Source: Minisyncoccota bacterium
GTDB lineage: Bacteria; Patescibacteriota; Minisyncoccia; Phycocordibacterales; Phycocordibacteraceae
Length of the DNA stretch: 64,000 nt
Assembly: GCA_036405415.1 (NCBI GenBank)
Contig: DASWXP010000002.1
Coordinates: 272,351-336,350, forward strand
Direction of reading: 5' to 3'
Under the pieces are notes generated by a model. The model did no database searches. It worked only from the letters and a program-made list of their open reading frames with translations, and was not told the DNA's origin. Position numbers and translations under genes: made by a program. Position 1 is the stretch's first letter, and every line of letters begins with the position of its first letter. Shown here piece after piece: positions 40,193-50,703 of the stretch.

Positions 40193-41593
40193 TTAGTTAG
40201 GGATGAAGGTGAGGGCCTGGCCCGCCTTCCCCGCGCGGCCGGTGCGGCCGATGCGGTGGGTGTAATCCTCGTACGTAGACGGGAGATCGTAGTTGATCAC
40301 GTGCGACACGCCCGAGATGTCGAGGCCGCGCGCCGCGACGTCGGTCGCGACCAGCACGTTCACCTCGTTCTTCTTGAAGCCGATGAGGGCCTTCTGGCGC
40401 GCGCCATGGGTCTTGTTGCCGTGGATGGACTCGGCCTTCACGCCTGCGCGACGGAGATCCTTCGCGAGACGCTCCACGCCGTGCTTGGTGCGGCCGAACA
40501 CGAGCGTCTTCTCGAAGTGCGGCTGCTTCAGGAGCTCGACGAGCTTGTCGAACTTCTCGTGATGCCCTACCGGGACCACGTCCTGGTCAATGGTGTGCGA
40601 AGTCTCGCGAGTCTTGACTGACACATGCACCGGGTCGTTGAGGAAGTCTCCGATCAGGCGCTGGATGTCCTTAGACATGGTCGCCGAGAAGAAGAGCGTG
40701 TGACGCTCCGCGCGCATCTTGCCCATGATGAAGCGCATGTCCTCGATGAAGCCCATGTCGAGCATGCGGTCCGCCTCGTCCAGCACCACGGTGCCGAACG
40801 CAGAGAGATCGAGCTCTCCACGCTCCATGAGGTCCTTGAGGCGTCCTGGCGTTCCGATGACGAAGGCTGGGTTCCTGCGGAGCACGCGGATCTGCGGCAC
40901 GATGTTCGCGCCGCCCACGCAGGTCACGCTCGTGACGTTGAGACGCTTCGCGAATCCGAAGAACTCCTCCTCGATCTGTATAGCGAGCTCGCGGGTCGGG
41001 ACCATGACGAGCACGCGCTCCTCCTGGCCGAGCGCGCGGAACTTCAATACCTTGTCGATGAGCGGGATGAGGAAGGACGCGGTCTTTCCGGTACCGGTGT
41101 TCGCGATGCCTACGACATCCTTCCCGAGAAGCACGTGCGGGATCGACTGGTCCTGGATAGGGGTCGGGATGCTGTATCCCTTCGCGCGGATGTTCTCCTT
41201 GAGACGCTCATCCACGGCGAAGCCGTCGAACGCGTGCTGCGGTACGTACTCCTCAGGCTTCTCTTCAGGCTTCGCCTTGTTGATGAGCTTCGAGAGGTCT
41301 ACCGGCATCTCCTGGTAGTTACGGCCGCCAGAGCGTCCGCCGCCGCGAGAACCGCGCTCAGGGCGCTGGCCGCGTGCGGAAGGCGCGCCACCCTTGCGAG
41401 AGCCGCCAGAGCGAGCACGGGAGCGCTTCGGCTCGACCGCAGCCGTAGCCGGGCGCTTCCATCCGTTATCGAGCGCGAACTTCATGCCTGCTTCGAATGC
41501 AGGACTTACAGGCGCAGGACGCCCACCGCGACCGCGGCTCATAGGTGCGCCGCCGCGATTGCCGCGGGAGCGCGAATTCTTTTTCTGATCCAT
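40193..41593 (-). CDS. DEAD-box RNA helicase
   Basis: PTPIQ, ANTGTGKT, PTRELA, DEAD, SAT, HRIGRTGRAG. Confidence 0.96.
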   Translation of the reverse strand: MDQKKNSRSRGNRGGAPMSRGRGGRPAPVSPAFEAGMKFALDNGWKRPATAAVEPKRSRARSGGSRKGGAPSARGQRPERGSRGGGRSGGRNYQEMPVDLSKLINKAKPEEKPEEYVPQHAFDGFAVDERLKENIRAKGYSIPTPIQDQSIPHVLLGKDVVGIANTGTGKTASFLIPLIDKVLKFRALGQEERVLVMVPTRELAIQIEEEFFGFAKRLNVTSVTCVGGANIVPQIRVLRRNPAFVIGTPGRLKDLMERGELDLSAFGTVVLDEADRMLDMGFIEDMRFIMGKMRAERHTLFFSATMSKDIQRLIGDFLNDPVHVSVKTRETSHTIDQDVVPVGHHEKFDKLVELLKQPHFEKTLVFGRTKHGVERLAKDLRRAGVKAESIHGNKTHGARQKALIGFKKNEVNVLVATDVAARGLDISGVSHVINYDLPSTYEDYTHRIGRTGRAGKAGQALTFIPN

Positions 41594-41861
41594 TTTGTAT
41601 GTTTCTCTAGATGCGCAGCGTGCTGCGCGATCCTCGCATAAAAGAGCCCGAGGATATTGGCTCAAACGTTCTCGAGCGTGTTAGAGGAGGCGCGATTCGC
41701 GCTCTTCCTTCGTCCTGAAACTACGCTTCAAGACGACGTACGTGGAGAAACCGTTGTGGCTGCAATATACCAGAATCTGGAGAATAGCGCAATGCAGAAG
41801 TGTAGAAAGGCCCGGCATGCACCGGGCCTTTCAGAACATATCGGAAGCTTCCTATAAGTAG

Positions 41862-42014
41862 CTACGCTATAGGATTCTTGCCTTGGATAAGGCGGACGAG
41901 CACGACGATGATGGCGATGACGAGGAGAAGATGCAGGAAGCCGCCAAGCGTGTATGAGGATACGACGCCCACGAGCCAGAGGATGAGGAGTATCGCCGCG
42001 ATAGTGTAGAGCAT
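41862..42014 (-). CDS. Lmo0937-family small membrane protein
   Basis: MLYTIAAILLILWLVG...GGFLHLLLVIAIIVVLVRLIQG. Confidence 0.85.
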   Translation of the reverse strand: MLYTIAAILLILWLVGVVSSYTLGGFLHLLLVIAIIVVLVRLIQGKNPIA

Positions 42015-42102
42015 GTGCAAAGGATTAGCGTGTAACGGTATCCACCGTACACTTCCCTGTCTGGAGCTTGCATGAAGAAAGCCGCGATGCCGCGGCTTTC
42101 TT

Positions 42103-43890
42103 CTAGGACCTGCGCGCCTTCGCGCGATCGCTCTCGGTGAGCTGCTGCTTTCGCAAGCGTACCGATTCCGGCGTGATCTCGAGGTACTCGTCCTCTGCCA
42201 TGACTTCGAGACCGCGCTCGATGGTGAGCTCGTACGGCGGGAAGAGCGTGATCGCCTCGTCGTTGCCCGACGAGCGAACGTTCGTGAGGTTCTTGCCCTT
42301 GGTCGGGTTCGCAACCATCTCCTCGCCCTTGGAGGTGTTTCCGATGACCATACCTTCGTACACCTCGGTCGCCGGCGTGATGTAGAGCGTGCCGCGATCC
42401 TGGAGGCCCCAGAGCGCGTACCCGAGCGCCTTGCCGGTCGCCATGGAGATCATGGAACCTACCTGGCGCTTCTTGATCTCGCCTGCGTACGGCTTGAAGC
42501 CGATCACGCGCGAGGAGAGGATGCCTTCGCCCTTCGTGTCGATGATGAACTGGTTGCGGTAGCCGAGGAGGCCGCGGGTCGGACCCTCGAACGTGAGGCG
42601 CACGGTGTCGCCGTCCTGCACGAGGTTCTGCATGACGAATGCGCGGGTGCCGAGGCGCTCGATGATGGCGCCCTGGTACTCGGTCGGGGTGTCGATGATC
42701 ACCTCCTCGAACGGCTCCTGCTTCACGCCGTCCTCCTCGCGGATGATTACCTGCGGCTGAGAGACCTGCATCTCGTAGCCGGCGCGGCGCATGTTCTCAA
42801 GGAGGATCGCGATATGGAGCTCGCCGCGTCCGGAGACCTTGAACGCGTCCGGGGATACGAAGTCCACCTTGAGGCCCACATTCACCTCGAGCTCGCGCTC
42901 AAGGTATTCGCGGAGCTGGCGGCTGGTCACGTACTTCCCTTCGCGACCTGCGAACGGCGAGTTGTTCACGAGGAAGTTGACGGTGATGGTCGGCTCGTCG
43001 ATAGAAATTGCCGGCATCGCCTCAACCGACGCGTCGGTTGTGATGGTCTCGCCGATGAAGGCATCCTCGATGCCAGCGACGATCACGATGTCACCTGCGA
43101 CCGCTTCCGGCACGTCCACGCGCTCAAGACCCTTGAAGGTGAACACCTTCGTGAGCTTCGCGTTGCGACTGGTGCCGTCCGCCTTCTTCACGATGACGTT
43201 CTGCCCTGCCTTCACCACGCCCTCGTACACGCGGCCGATCGCGAGACGTCCGAGGAAGTTGTCGTACGCGAGGTTGAAGGTCTGGAGCTTGAGCGGCTTC
43301 GATGCGGACTCGTCGCTCGAAGTCGGCGGCACCTGCTCGAGCACGACATCCAGGAGGGGCGTGAGGTCCTTGCGCTCATCGTCGAGCGTGCGCATCGCGA
43401 CGCCCTCGCGGCCGATAGCGTACACCGTCGTGAAATCAGACTGCTCGTCTGAGGCGCCGAGCTCGAGGAAGAGCTCGAGCACCTGCTCCTCAGCACGTGC
43501 CGGATCTGCCGCCGGCTTGTCGATCTTGTTGAGCACTACGATCGGCTTCAATCCGAGCTCCAAGGACTTCTTGAGCACGAAGCGCGTCTGCGGCATCGGG
43601 CCTTCCTGCGCGTCCACAATAAGGAGCACGGAATCGATGGAACGGAGCACGCGCTCCACTTCCGAACCGAAGTCGGAGTGGCCCGGGGTATCCACGATGT
43701 TGATCTTGGTTCCCTTGTACTCGATGGAGGTGTTCTTCGAGTAGATGGTGATGCCGCGCTCGTGCTCGAGCGCGTTCGAGTCCATGGATACGCCTTCAGG
43801 AGCAGCTCCGGTGAGCTTCATGATGGCGTCGGTGAGTGTGGTCTTGCCGTGGTCCACGTGCGCGATGATGGCGATGTTTCGAATTTCCAT
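42103..43890 (-). CDS. typA: Translational GTPase TypA/BipA
   Basis: IRNIAIIAHVDHGKTT, GRGELH, EITPESVRLRK. Confidence 0.98.
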   Translation of the reverse strand: MEIRNIAIIAHVDHGKTTLTDAIMKLTGAAPEGVSMDSNALEHERGITIYSKNTSIEYKGTKINIVDTPGHSDFGSEVERVLRSIDSVLLIVDAQEGPMPQTRFVLKKSLELGLKPIVVLNKIDKPAADPARAEEQVLELFLELGASDEQSDFTTVYAIGREGVAMRTLDDERKDLTPLLDVVLEQVPPTSSDESASKPLKLQTFNLAYDNFLGRLAIGRVYEGVVKAGQNVIVKKADGTSRNAKLTKVFTFKGLERVDVPEAVAGDIVIVAGIEDAFIGETITTDASVEAMPAISIDEPTITVNFLVNNSPFAGREGKYVTSRQLREYLERELEVNVGLKVDFVSPDAFKVSGRGELHIAILLENMRRAGYEMQVSQPQVIIREEDGVKQEPFEEVIIDTPTEYQGAIIERLGTRAFVMQNLVQDGDTVRLTFEGPTRGLLGYRNQFIIDTKGEGILSSRVIGFKPYAGEIKKRQVGSMISMATGKALGYALWGLQDRGTLYITPATEVYEGMVIGNTSKGEEMVANPTKGKNLTNVRSSGNDEAITLFPPYELTIERGLEVMAEDEYLEITPESVRLRKQQLTESDRAKARRS

Positions 43891-43943
43891 GGTCGGTAAA
43901 ATAAAAATGCCCCGAGGGCGATAAAGACAGCCTTAAAATACCT

Positions 43944-44294
43944 TTATATAGGTGATGCGTCAATTACGTATTGCTCGGGCGTCCATGCGGGCGTGCATGC
44001 TATCACGAGCGTAAGTTCGCCCTCCCAGAACACCGCCTCTCCCTTCTCTATCGTAACCACGTCTCCTTGCGAAAGCTTGCTTTCGATACCGTTTACCGAA
44101 ACGACGCCGCTGCCCTCAGTTACGTACACGAGCTCCCGAACCGCTTTATTTATCGCATTCCCCTCAACCGGATATCGTCCTCGTATCTCAATCCGTGCGA
44201 CGTTGATATCGCTTCCTCCGGTCTCGTACTCGAACGCCGTGCAGGTGCCCGCGTTCTCAAACCTTCCTGCTTCGTTCTTCCGGATTATCTTCAT
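43944..44294 (-). CDS. Cupin-domain protein
   Basis: ELVYVTEGSG...LSQGDVVTIEKG, PAWTPEQ. Confidence 0.8.
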   Translation of the reverse strand: MKIIRKNEAGRFENAGTCTAFEYETGGSDINVARIEIRGRYPVEGNAINKAVRELVYVTEGSGVVSVNGIESKLSQGDVVTIEKGEAVFWEGELTLVIACTPAWTPEQYVIDASPI

Positions 44295-44827
44295 GCCTTT
44301 TCCTTTAGAAGCTTTCTGAGCTCCTTCTGCGTTACCAAGGTCTTAATGTCCGTCATGCGGTCGACATACACAACACCGTCTAGGTGATCAAGCTCGTGCT
44401 GGAAGATGCGTGCCCAGAACCCCGAGAGCTTCTCGCGTATCTTCTCGCCGTTCTCATTCACGTATTCAACCTGGATCCATTTGGCGCGAGGCACGCGGCC
44501 GAACGGCCCCCTGAAGCTGAGACATCCTTCCCAGTCCGTAACGCTCAAAGGTGAGCGTTCAAGGATTCTGGGATTGATGATGGTGAGCGGACCCATACGC
44601 TCCGTTTCAGGTCTTCTCTTTATAGGCCGCATCTCCATAACTGCTACCCGCAGAGGCCTCCCTACCTGCGGTGCGGCGATACCCACGCCGCCCGTACGAC
44701 GCATGGTGTAGATCATCTGCTTGATGAGACTCTGGAACTCTGCCGAGCGAATCGTTCCAAGCGGCACATTCTTGGTCCTGGTCCTCAGGATAGGGTTCCC
44801 GAACTCGGTACGCGGGAGCACTTTCAT
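44291..44827 (-). CDS. def: Peptide deformylase
   Basis: GVGIAAPQVG, EGCLS, QHELDHLDG. Confidence 0.97.
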   Translation of the reverse strand: MKVLPRTEFGNPILRTRTKNVPLGTIRSAEFQSLIKQMIYTMRRTGGVGIAAPQVGRPLRVAVMEMRPIKRRPETERMGPLTIINPRILERSPLSVTDWEGCLSFRGPFGRVPRAKWIQVEYVNENGEKIREKLSGFWARIFQHELDHLDGVVYVDRMTDIKTLVTQKELRKLLKEKA

Positions 44828-44913
44828 GCGGAAAGTATACCAGCGTTAAATTAATAATTGACTCGATGTATCTAAGGCATTAGGCTTTAGCCGGATCAAA
44901 AAGGAGTAATGCG

Positions 44914-45507
44914 ATGTCAGAGGAATATGCCTATAAGGGCGATCCTCTGGGATCGCCAAAAAGATACTGCCGTGTTTGTGGAAAGACTCTTTCTGCATAC
45001 AACAGGAACAAGCAATGCTTTCATCATGCCGTCGACGAGACGGTTCGTCAGGAGCGGAAAATCACAACATCAGTAGCTATCCTTCCGGTTGTGCGCACTG
45101 CCGTTCGTTCAGGGCCGCCGAAGGTGAAACGTATCGTTCCAAAACCTGCAGTTCAGCAGGCGGCGCGACAAACGGCAGTGACGAGCGCGAGTGCACTTGA
45201 GCTTCCGAAGCGGAGATTCCCGTCTCAGAAAGCGATCGCCAGCGTTGTGTGTACCTGGTTTGGCGTTGAATTCGAAGATGTGGTTCGCGAGGATAAGCAC
45301 GCACGAATCTCGCACATACGAAACATCCTCATGTATCTCCTGTATAAGGACTCAGCGGGTTCGTATCAATCTGTCGTGGAATTCCTGAATCGGAAAAACC
45401 ACACAACCGCAGTAGCTGCGGTTAAAAAGATCGAGACCCTGTGTTCTTATGACAGACGGCTCCGCTGCGAACTGTGGCTTATGCGGAGGAAATACAGAAT
45501 CAAATAG
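44914..45507 (+). CDS. Stand-alone DnaA C-terminal (domain IV) protein with N-terminal CxxC..C..H knuckle
   Basis: VCTWFGV...ISHIRNILMYL...NRKNHTTAVAAVKKIE resembles Bac_DnaA_C; TTGACT-17-TAGGCT; AAGGAG SD; terminator 45502-45537. Confidence 0.75.
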   Translation: MSEEYAYKGDPLGSPKRYCRVCGKTLSAYNRNKQCFHHAVDETVRQERKITTSVAILPVVRTAVRSGPPKVKRIVPKPAVQQAARQTAVTSASALELPKRRFPSQKAIASVVCTWFGVEFEDVVREDKHARISHIRNILMYLLYKDSAGSYQSVVEFLNRKNHTTAVAAVKKIETLCSYDRRLRCELWLMRRKYRIK

Positions 45508-45543
45508 CCGGTAATCTTCGGATTGCCGGCTATTGCTACTTTA

Positions 45544-46560
45544 CTAGCGCAAATATCGCTCGACATTTGCCCGATGCCCAGCATAGGTCGCTGCGCAATG
45601 TATCTCGCCTTCGTTGTCATGCAGATAGTAGAGGCAATCCGTATCCTCAGGATTCAGAGCCGCTTCGATCGATTCGAGCGATGGGTTCGCGATCGGGTGC
45701 GGCGGGAGCCCGCTATTCCTATACGTATTGAATGGCGAATCGAGGTCCTTGTCTTCCGGGCGCGGTACCGGCCACCAGTCCCCTTCCTGTCCGCGGATGT
45801 ACTGTAGCGATGCGTCCACCTGCAGCCGCATGCCGTCATTAATGCGGTTCCAGAGGATGCCTGAGACGAGGCGCTTGTCGTTCTTCGCGGCCTCGCGCTC
45901 GATCAAAGACGCCATGATAAGGGTCTCGGTCCAGGTCACGTTCTTCTCAACAGTCTGTGACGCGAGCGGCGCGAACACTTCGTTGAACCGATCGCGCAGG
46001 CGCGCCGCTACCTGTGCGGGATCCTGGTCCGATGGGATGAGATAGGTATCTCCGTAATAGACACCTTCGATGAGCTCCTGAGACGGCGCCGTGTCGATCT
46101 CTATGAAATGCCGCTTCTCCTCAGGGTCCCAGTTGAGCTTCTTCGCGAGATAGTCTGCTATCTGTTCCTTGCGCCACCCGGGCGGGAACGTGATCCACGC
46201 GAGGTATGGAGGACGGGACAGGAGTTCCGCAACCGTCCACGCGTCCATGGAAGCGCTCAGCATGTATCCTCCCTCGCGGATATCGCGCATGCCGCCTGAG
46301 CTCAGGTACGCGATGCGGAATGCCGTCATGCTCTTGATGTAGCCGAGTTCCTTCAGCTCTCTGGTCACGATGTCGAAGTCCGCGTCCGGCGGAACGATGA
46401 ACTCGGTCGCCGGCTGCGCGGTAGCGGAGACCGGACCGAAATACCGGGCGTACGCAAGCAGGGATCCTGCGAGCACGAGGACGAGCGCGATGCCGCCGAT
46501 GATAAGCTCGCGCCGCGTGAAGCGGCGCATGCGGACGGACTCGAAATACGGAACGATCAT
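45544..46560 (-). CDS. mltG: Endolytic transglycosylase MltG
   Basis: ASLIEREA, NRINDGMRLQVDAS, SPFNTY...GLPPHPIANP, LYYLHD. Confidence 0.93.
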   Translation of the reverse strand: MIVPYFESVRMRRFTRRELIIGGIALVLVLAGSLLAYARYFGPVSATAQPATEFIVPPDADFDIVTRELKELGYIKSMTAFRIAYLSSGGMRDIREGGYMLSASMDAWTVAELLSRPPYLAWITFPPGWRKEQIADYLAKKLNWDPEEKRHFIEIDTAPSQELIEGVYYGDTYLIPSDQDPAQVAARLRDRFNEVFAPLASQTVEKNVTWTETLIMASLIEREAAKNDKRLVSGILWNRINDGMRLQVDASLQYIRGQEGDWWPVPRPEDKDLDSPFNTYRNSGLPPHPIANPSLESIEAALNPEDTDCLYYLHDNEGEIHCAATYAGHRANVERYLR

Positions 46561-46581
46561 GTATGCGGTATTGTACCAGCC

Positions 46582-48240
46582 CTATCCCACGTAGAGCGCT
46601 CGCGCGAGCTTCAGCTCGTCGAATGAGTACTTCCCCTTTAGGAACGCATGCACCGGCGTGAGCTTGCTTGCGCCGAGCGCATCGAACGCTTCGTGTATCT
46701 TCGGGAGCGCGCCGCGCAGCCTTCCGGGAAGCTGCTCTTCTAGACTCTCCGTATCAAGACGGCCCGCTTCGATGAGCTTGCCCACATGATCCGCGATGGT
46801 GCCGAGCGTAAGCGCGCGGGCTTTCGCGATATCCATCAGCGAGCGACCCTCCTCGAGGAGCGCGAGCGTCTCGTCATAGGTCGTACGCTTCTCGGGACGC
46901 TCTCCAGGAGCGGCGGCCTCGAGCGTTCCGCCCATTGCGGTTATGAAGTTGTGCTCGAGCGTTATCCGCTCTCCGGACACTTCGAGCGCTGTAAACGCGC
47001 GACGCGCCGCTTCTGATGCGTCCTTGAGCTCCTTATCAAACGCGGCGACGCGCGGGTGTATCGCAAGCGCGTTCTCGCTCCATCCGAGAAGATGTACGCC
47101 CGAGAGCGTGCGTACGCGCGAGAGCGCGACGTATCCTTGTCCGTATTCGAAGGCACGCGAGAGATCCATTGCTGCGGCATCAAGGCTCTGTCCCTGACTC
47201 TTATGCACCGTGATGGCCCACGCAAGCCGCAGCGGCACCTGGCTTATCTTTGCGCGTACCTTCCCGCCCTCCTCGACCGCCCAGTCCTGAGGCGCGATTG
47301 CGATCTCGCGCCCGTCCCGCGTCTCGATGATCGGATAGCCCGTACCGCGCTCGAATCCGATGACGGTGCCGAGCGTTCCGTTCGCGTAGCCGGCGACGGG
47401 ATTATTCTTCGTCGCCATGACGACCGCTCCTTCCTTGAGCACCAAGGATTCAGGCGAAAGGCAGCCGCGCTTCAGGGACTCGATGAGCACCTTCCCGCCC
47501 GCGCTTTCCATGACGAACGTGTGCGGCGACCCCGGAAGCTTGGCGAGCTCGGTCTGGTTTATCCGGTCCACGTCGGCGTTATGCGTAAACAGCTGCGGGA
47601 CGCCTTCAGCGAGCTCGTCGTACTCTGCTTCGCGCGCCGTTATGAGCGACACGTGCGTGTGGTCCCATTCACCCGCCCTAATCGCGCTCAAGACTGAGAG
47701 GAATGTCGTATCGTCCTGGCGATGCTGCTCCTCGAGATAGCAGACGACCGGGTTGAGTGCCTTCCATGCGGATGCGTCGAACGCGAACGACACTTCGCCG
47801 CGCGACACGGGCGGAAGCTGGAAGAAGTCGCCTACGAGCACCACCTGAAGCCCTCCGAACGCCCGGTCGCTATGCCGTACCGTGCGCAGCACCTCGTCTA
47901 CCATCGATAGCACGTTCCCTGAGAGCATCGATATCTCGTCGATGATAAGCACCTTCGCCTTCTGGAGGCGCTTGGCTACGTGCTCCTTGCTCGCTATCGC
48001 GTCGAGCAACTCTTCAGACATGCGCTCTGCGATGCCGATGCCGCTCCACGCGTGAAGCGTCATGCCGCCCACATGGGTCGCAGCGATACCGGTGGACGCG
48101 GTTATGGAGGGCTCAATGCCGCGCGCACGGAGCCACGCGACATATGTGTTCACGGTATGAGTCTTGCCGCTTCCGGGCTCTCCCGTAAGGAAGACGTTCG
48201 CGCCCGTCTGCAATATGGAAAGCGCGTCGGACTGCGTCAT
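46582..48240 (-). CDS. PIF1-like DNA helicase with C-terminal HTH
   Basis: GEPGSGKT, IIDEISM, GDFFQLPPV, AITVHKSQG, YVALSR. Confidence 0.9.
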   Translation of the reverse strand: MTQSDALSILQTGANVFLTGEPGSGKTHTVNTYVAWLRARGIEPSITASTGIAATHVGGMTLHAWSGIGIAERMSEELLDAIASKEHVAKRLQKAKVLIIDEISMLSGNVLSMVDEVLRTVRHSDRAFGGLQVVLVGDFFQLPPVSRGEVSFAFDASAWKALNPVVCYLEEQHRQDDTTFLSVLSAIRAGEWDHTHVSLITAREAEYDELAEGVPQLFTHNADVDRINQTELAKLPGSPHTFVMESAGGKVLIESLKRGCLSPESLVLKEGAVVMATKNNPVAGYANGTLGTVIGFERGTGYPIIETRDGREIAIAPQDWAVEEGGKVRAKISQVPLRLAWAITVHKSQGQSLDAAAMDLSRAFEYGQGYVALSRVRTLSGVHLLGWSENALAIHPRVAAFDKELKDASEAARRAFTALEVSGERITLEHNFITAMGGTLEAAAPGERPEKRTTYDETLALLEEGRSLMDIAKARALTLGTIADHVGKLIEAGRLDTESLEEQLPGRLRGALPKIHEAFDALGASKLTPVHAFLKGKYSFDELKLARALYVG

Positions 48241-48244
48241 GCAG

Positions 48245-49069
48245 CTAGCGCGTCTCTACGCGGAATGAGAATCGGTACGCCGCGTCTTCGGTCGGCTGGC
48301 TCGCCATCGGATACGGCTCGACGCTCTCAAGCCATACGGTCGCGATCTCGCTCGTGACCGGCTCGCCGGAAAGCTCGATCGGCATGACGCTCTGTCCCAT
48401 CCCGTCCGCGATCCGAATCTCGACGCGTGCCGTTCCCTGCCACACGCACATCGCGTCCATCGGGCAGCGACTGTCCTCGATGACACGAACAGGGGTTATC
48501 GATACGCCTGAGAGCGTCTGCGTCTCGCCGAGCGCGAGAGTTGCGCGACCTTCAGAGACGACCGGCACCGGATCGCTCGTGCCTTCTGCGTACGCCGTGA
48601 TGCGGTACCCGTGCTCCGTGTTCGCAACCGTAAGGAATACCGGGATGCTTCCCGCGTCTCCGGTGCTTGCCATGAGCATGATTCGTCCTGAGACGTCGTA
48701 CGCCTCCGTGTCGTTCATGGTGACACGCTCGACTTCTATATGGTCAGGCCACGGGCTCGATGTCTCGCGCCCTGGCGCCAGGCTGGGATCTGCAACCCAT
48801 GCGGCCAAGAGTTCCTCTGAGACGTACGGCCCGTATGCGGCGCGTATCTGCTCCTGGGCGTCCGGCGACAAAAGGGACACTGCGCTCAGCTGATTCCCGA
48901 ATGCCGCGACGGTGGAGCGAACATCGCCCTCATGCTGTCCGTCGATGATTCCTGTCGGGTGCGAGGCTGTATAGGACCAAATGAGCCCTCCAAGGACGAG
49001 CATGGCACCGACGACCCAGAGATACATGAAAGAATGGTGCGAGGAGACGTGCTTATGGAAGTTCTTCAT
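48245..49069 (-). CDS. Membrane-anchored extracellular hypothetical protein
   Basis: TM; GRETSSPWPD; EDSRCPMDAMCVWQG domain. Confidence 0.75.
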   Translation of the reverse strand: MKNFHKHVSSHHSFMYLWVVGAMLVLGGLIWSYTASHPTGIIDGQHEGDVRSTVAAFGNQLSAVSLLSPDAQEQIRAAYGPYVSEELLAAWVADPSLAPGRETSSPWPDHIEVERVTMNDTEAYDVSGRIMLMASTGDAGSIPVFLTVANTEHGYRITAYAEGTSDPVPVVSEGRATLALGETQTLSGVSITPVRVIEDSRCPMDAMCVWQGTARVEIRIADGMGQSVMPIELSGEPVTSEIATVWLESVEPYPMASQPTEDAAYRFSFRVETR

Positions 49070-49150
49070 ACCCGTAAGCATAGCATTCCTTAAGGCTCGT
49101 TTGACCGCAGATTATTGACATGGCGTAGTTTGTGTTATAATCTTGTACCT

Positions 49151-50698
49151 ATGAATATCGATGCACTTATAAAGCGTCTCCGGGCGCTCGCTTCCCTCGT
49201 TTCCATACGTTCAAAGACGCTCTGGCGCCGGTACCGCGGCCTCAAGCGCTGGCAGCAGATCGTGATCGCTGTGGTGCTCGCGACGCTTTTGATCGGCGGT
49301 ATCGCGCTTGCCCGCAGCGGCGCAAAGCCTGAGACCCTCCCGGACGGGCGCGTCGTGTCGCTCGCTACCGTCGGCGAACTCTCCGGTACCGGAGGCTCGG
49401 TCGACCTCATCGGCTCCGTGCGCTCGATTACCGAAGCGAACATCCTCGCGAAGAACGGCGGCACCGTGACGAACGTGCGCACCCGCATCGGTGCAGGCGT
49501 TCCGGCCGGATTCGTGATCGCAGAGCTCGAGAACGCTGCTGAGCGCGCGGCGGTACTTCAGGCGGAAGGCGCGTATGATGCGGCCGTAGCGGCGCGCAGC
49601 GCACAGTCTCTTCCGGACACGCAGGCATCCGCTCGCGACGAGTACCGCGACGCGTACACGACGCTTGATACGATCGTCGAGAACGACATCGATACCTTCT
49701 TCGGTGGCCCTACGGCCGTAGGTCCTGACCTTCTCATCTACCCGAACGCGAACACCGCGACGCGCCTTTCGCGCGAGCGCGCACGCATCGACTCGCTCAT
49801 GCGCTCGTTCGAGGCGAACCTCGCGACCGCCAACTCACGCAGCCCGCAGGCGCTCCTTGACGAGGCTGAGTCCGTCGCGCGCCAGGTCCAGGCCTTCACC
49901 AACGAGCTCGCAGCCGCAGCCAACGAGCGCGACTCGCGCGCTACCGCAGCTCAGCTGAGCGCGCTCGCATCCGCGCGCACCGGCGTGAACGGCGTGCTCT
50001 CAAGCATCGCGAGCGCGCGTGCAGGCCTTCGAAGCGGCACCGTATCCGCGACCGCAAGCGCCGACGCGAGCGTGAAGCAGGCACTCGGCTCCCTGCGCGC
50101 AGCACAAGCGGCGCTCGAGCGCACCGTAGTGCGCGCACCGATCGGCGGCACCGTGAACTTCCTCCCTATCCGCGTCGGCGACTACGTCACTCCGATGCAG
50201 CACGTAGCGACCGTAGCCCAGAACGGCGCGCTCGAGATCGTCGCGTACGTGTCTGAGGACAACCGCGACCTCCTGGTTGCAGGCGGACAGGTCATGATCG
50301 ACGGCGCCTACGAGGGCATCGTCACGTCCGTTGCTCCTGCGCTCGATCCGACCACCAAGCAGATCGAGGTGCGCATCGCGGTAACAAGCGAGACCGAGCT
50401 CGTAAGCGGCCAGTCCGTGCACATCGCGCTCCCGGATCTCGCACCAACCGAAGCTGCTGCGCCTGAGGGTCCAGTGCTTCTTCCACTTGCGGCCGTGAAG
50501 CTCCGTGCCGGAGACCGCATCGTGTTCTCCGTAGGAGAGGACAGCCGCCTCGTCGCGCATCAGGTCGAGGTCGGCGAAGTGCGCGGCGATCGCATTGAGA
50601 TACGTACGGACCTTCCGAAGGACCTGCGCATCGTCGAGGACGCGCGCGGACTCTCCGAGGGCGAAGCGGTGCGTATCGAGTCTGAGACCGGCATCTAA
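49151..50698 (+). CDS. RND efflux membrane fusion/adaptor protein
   Basis: TM, lipoyl half-motifs, long coiled coil, VRAPIGGTV, GLSEGEAV. Confidence 0.88.
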   Translation: MNIDALIKRLRALASLVSIRSKTLWRRYRGLKRWQQIVIAVVLATLLIGGIALARSGAKPETLPDGRVVSLATVGELSGTGGSVDLIGSVRSITEANILAKNGGTVTNVRTRIGAGVPAGFVIAELENAAERAAVLQAEGAYDAAVAARSAQSLPDTQASARDEYRDAYTTLDTIVENDIDTFFGGPTAVGPDLLIYPNANTATRLSRERARIDSLMRSFEANLATANSRSPQALLDEAESVARQVQAFTNELAAAANERDSRATAAQLSALASARTGVNGVLSSIASARAGLRSGTVSATASADASVKQALGSLRAAQAALERTVVRAPIGGTVNFLPIRVGDYVTPMQHVATVAQNGALEIVAYVSEDNRDLLVAGGQVMIDGAYEGIVTSVAPALDPTTKQIEVRIAVTSETELVSGQSVHIALPDLAPTEAAAPEGPVLLPLAAVKLRAGDRIVFSVGEDSRLVAHQVEVGEVRGDRIEIRTDLPKDLRIVEDARGLSEGEAVRIESETGI

Positions 50699-50703
50699 TC
50701 CCT

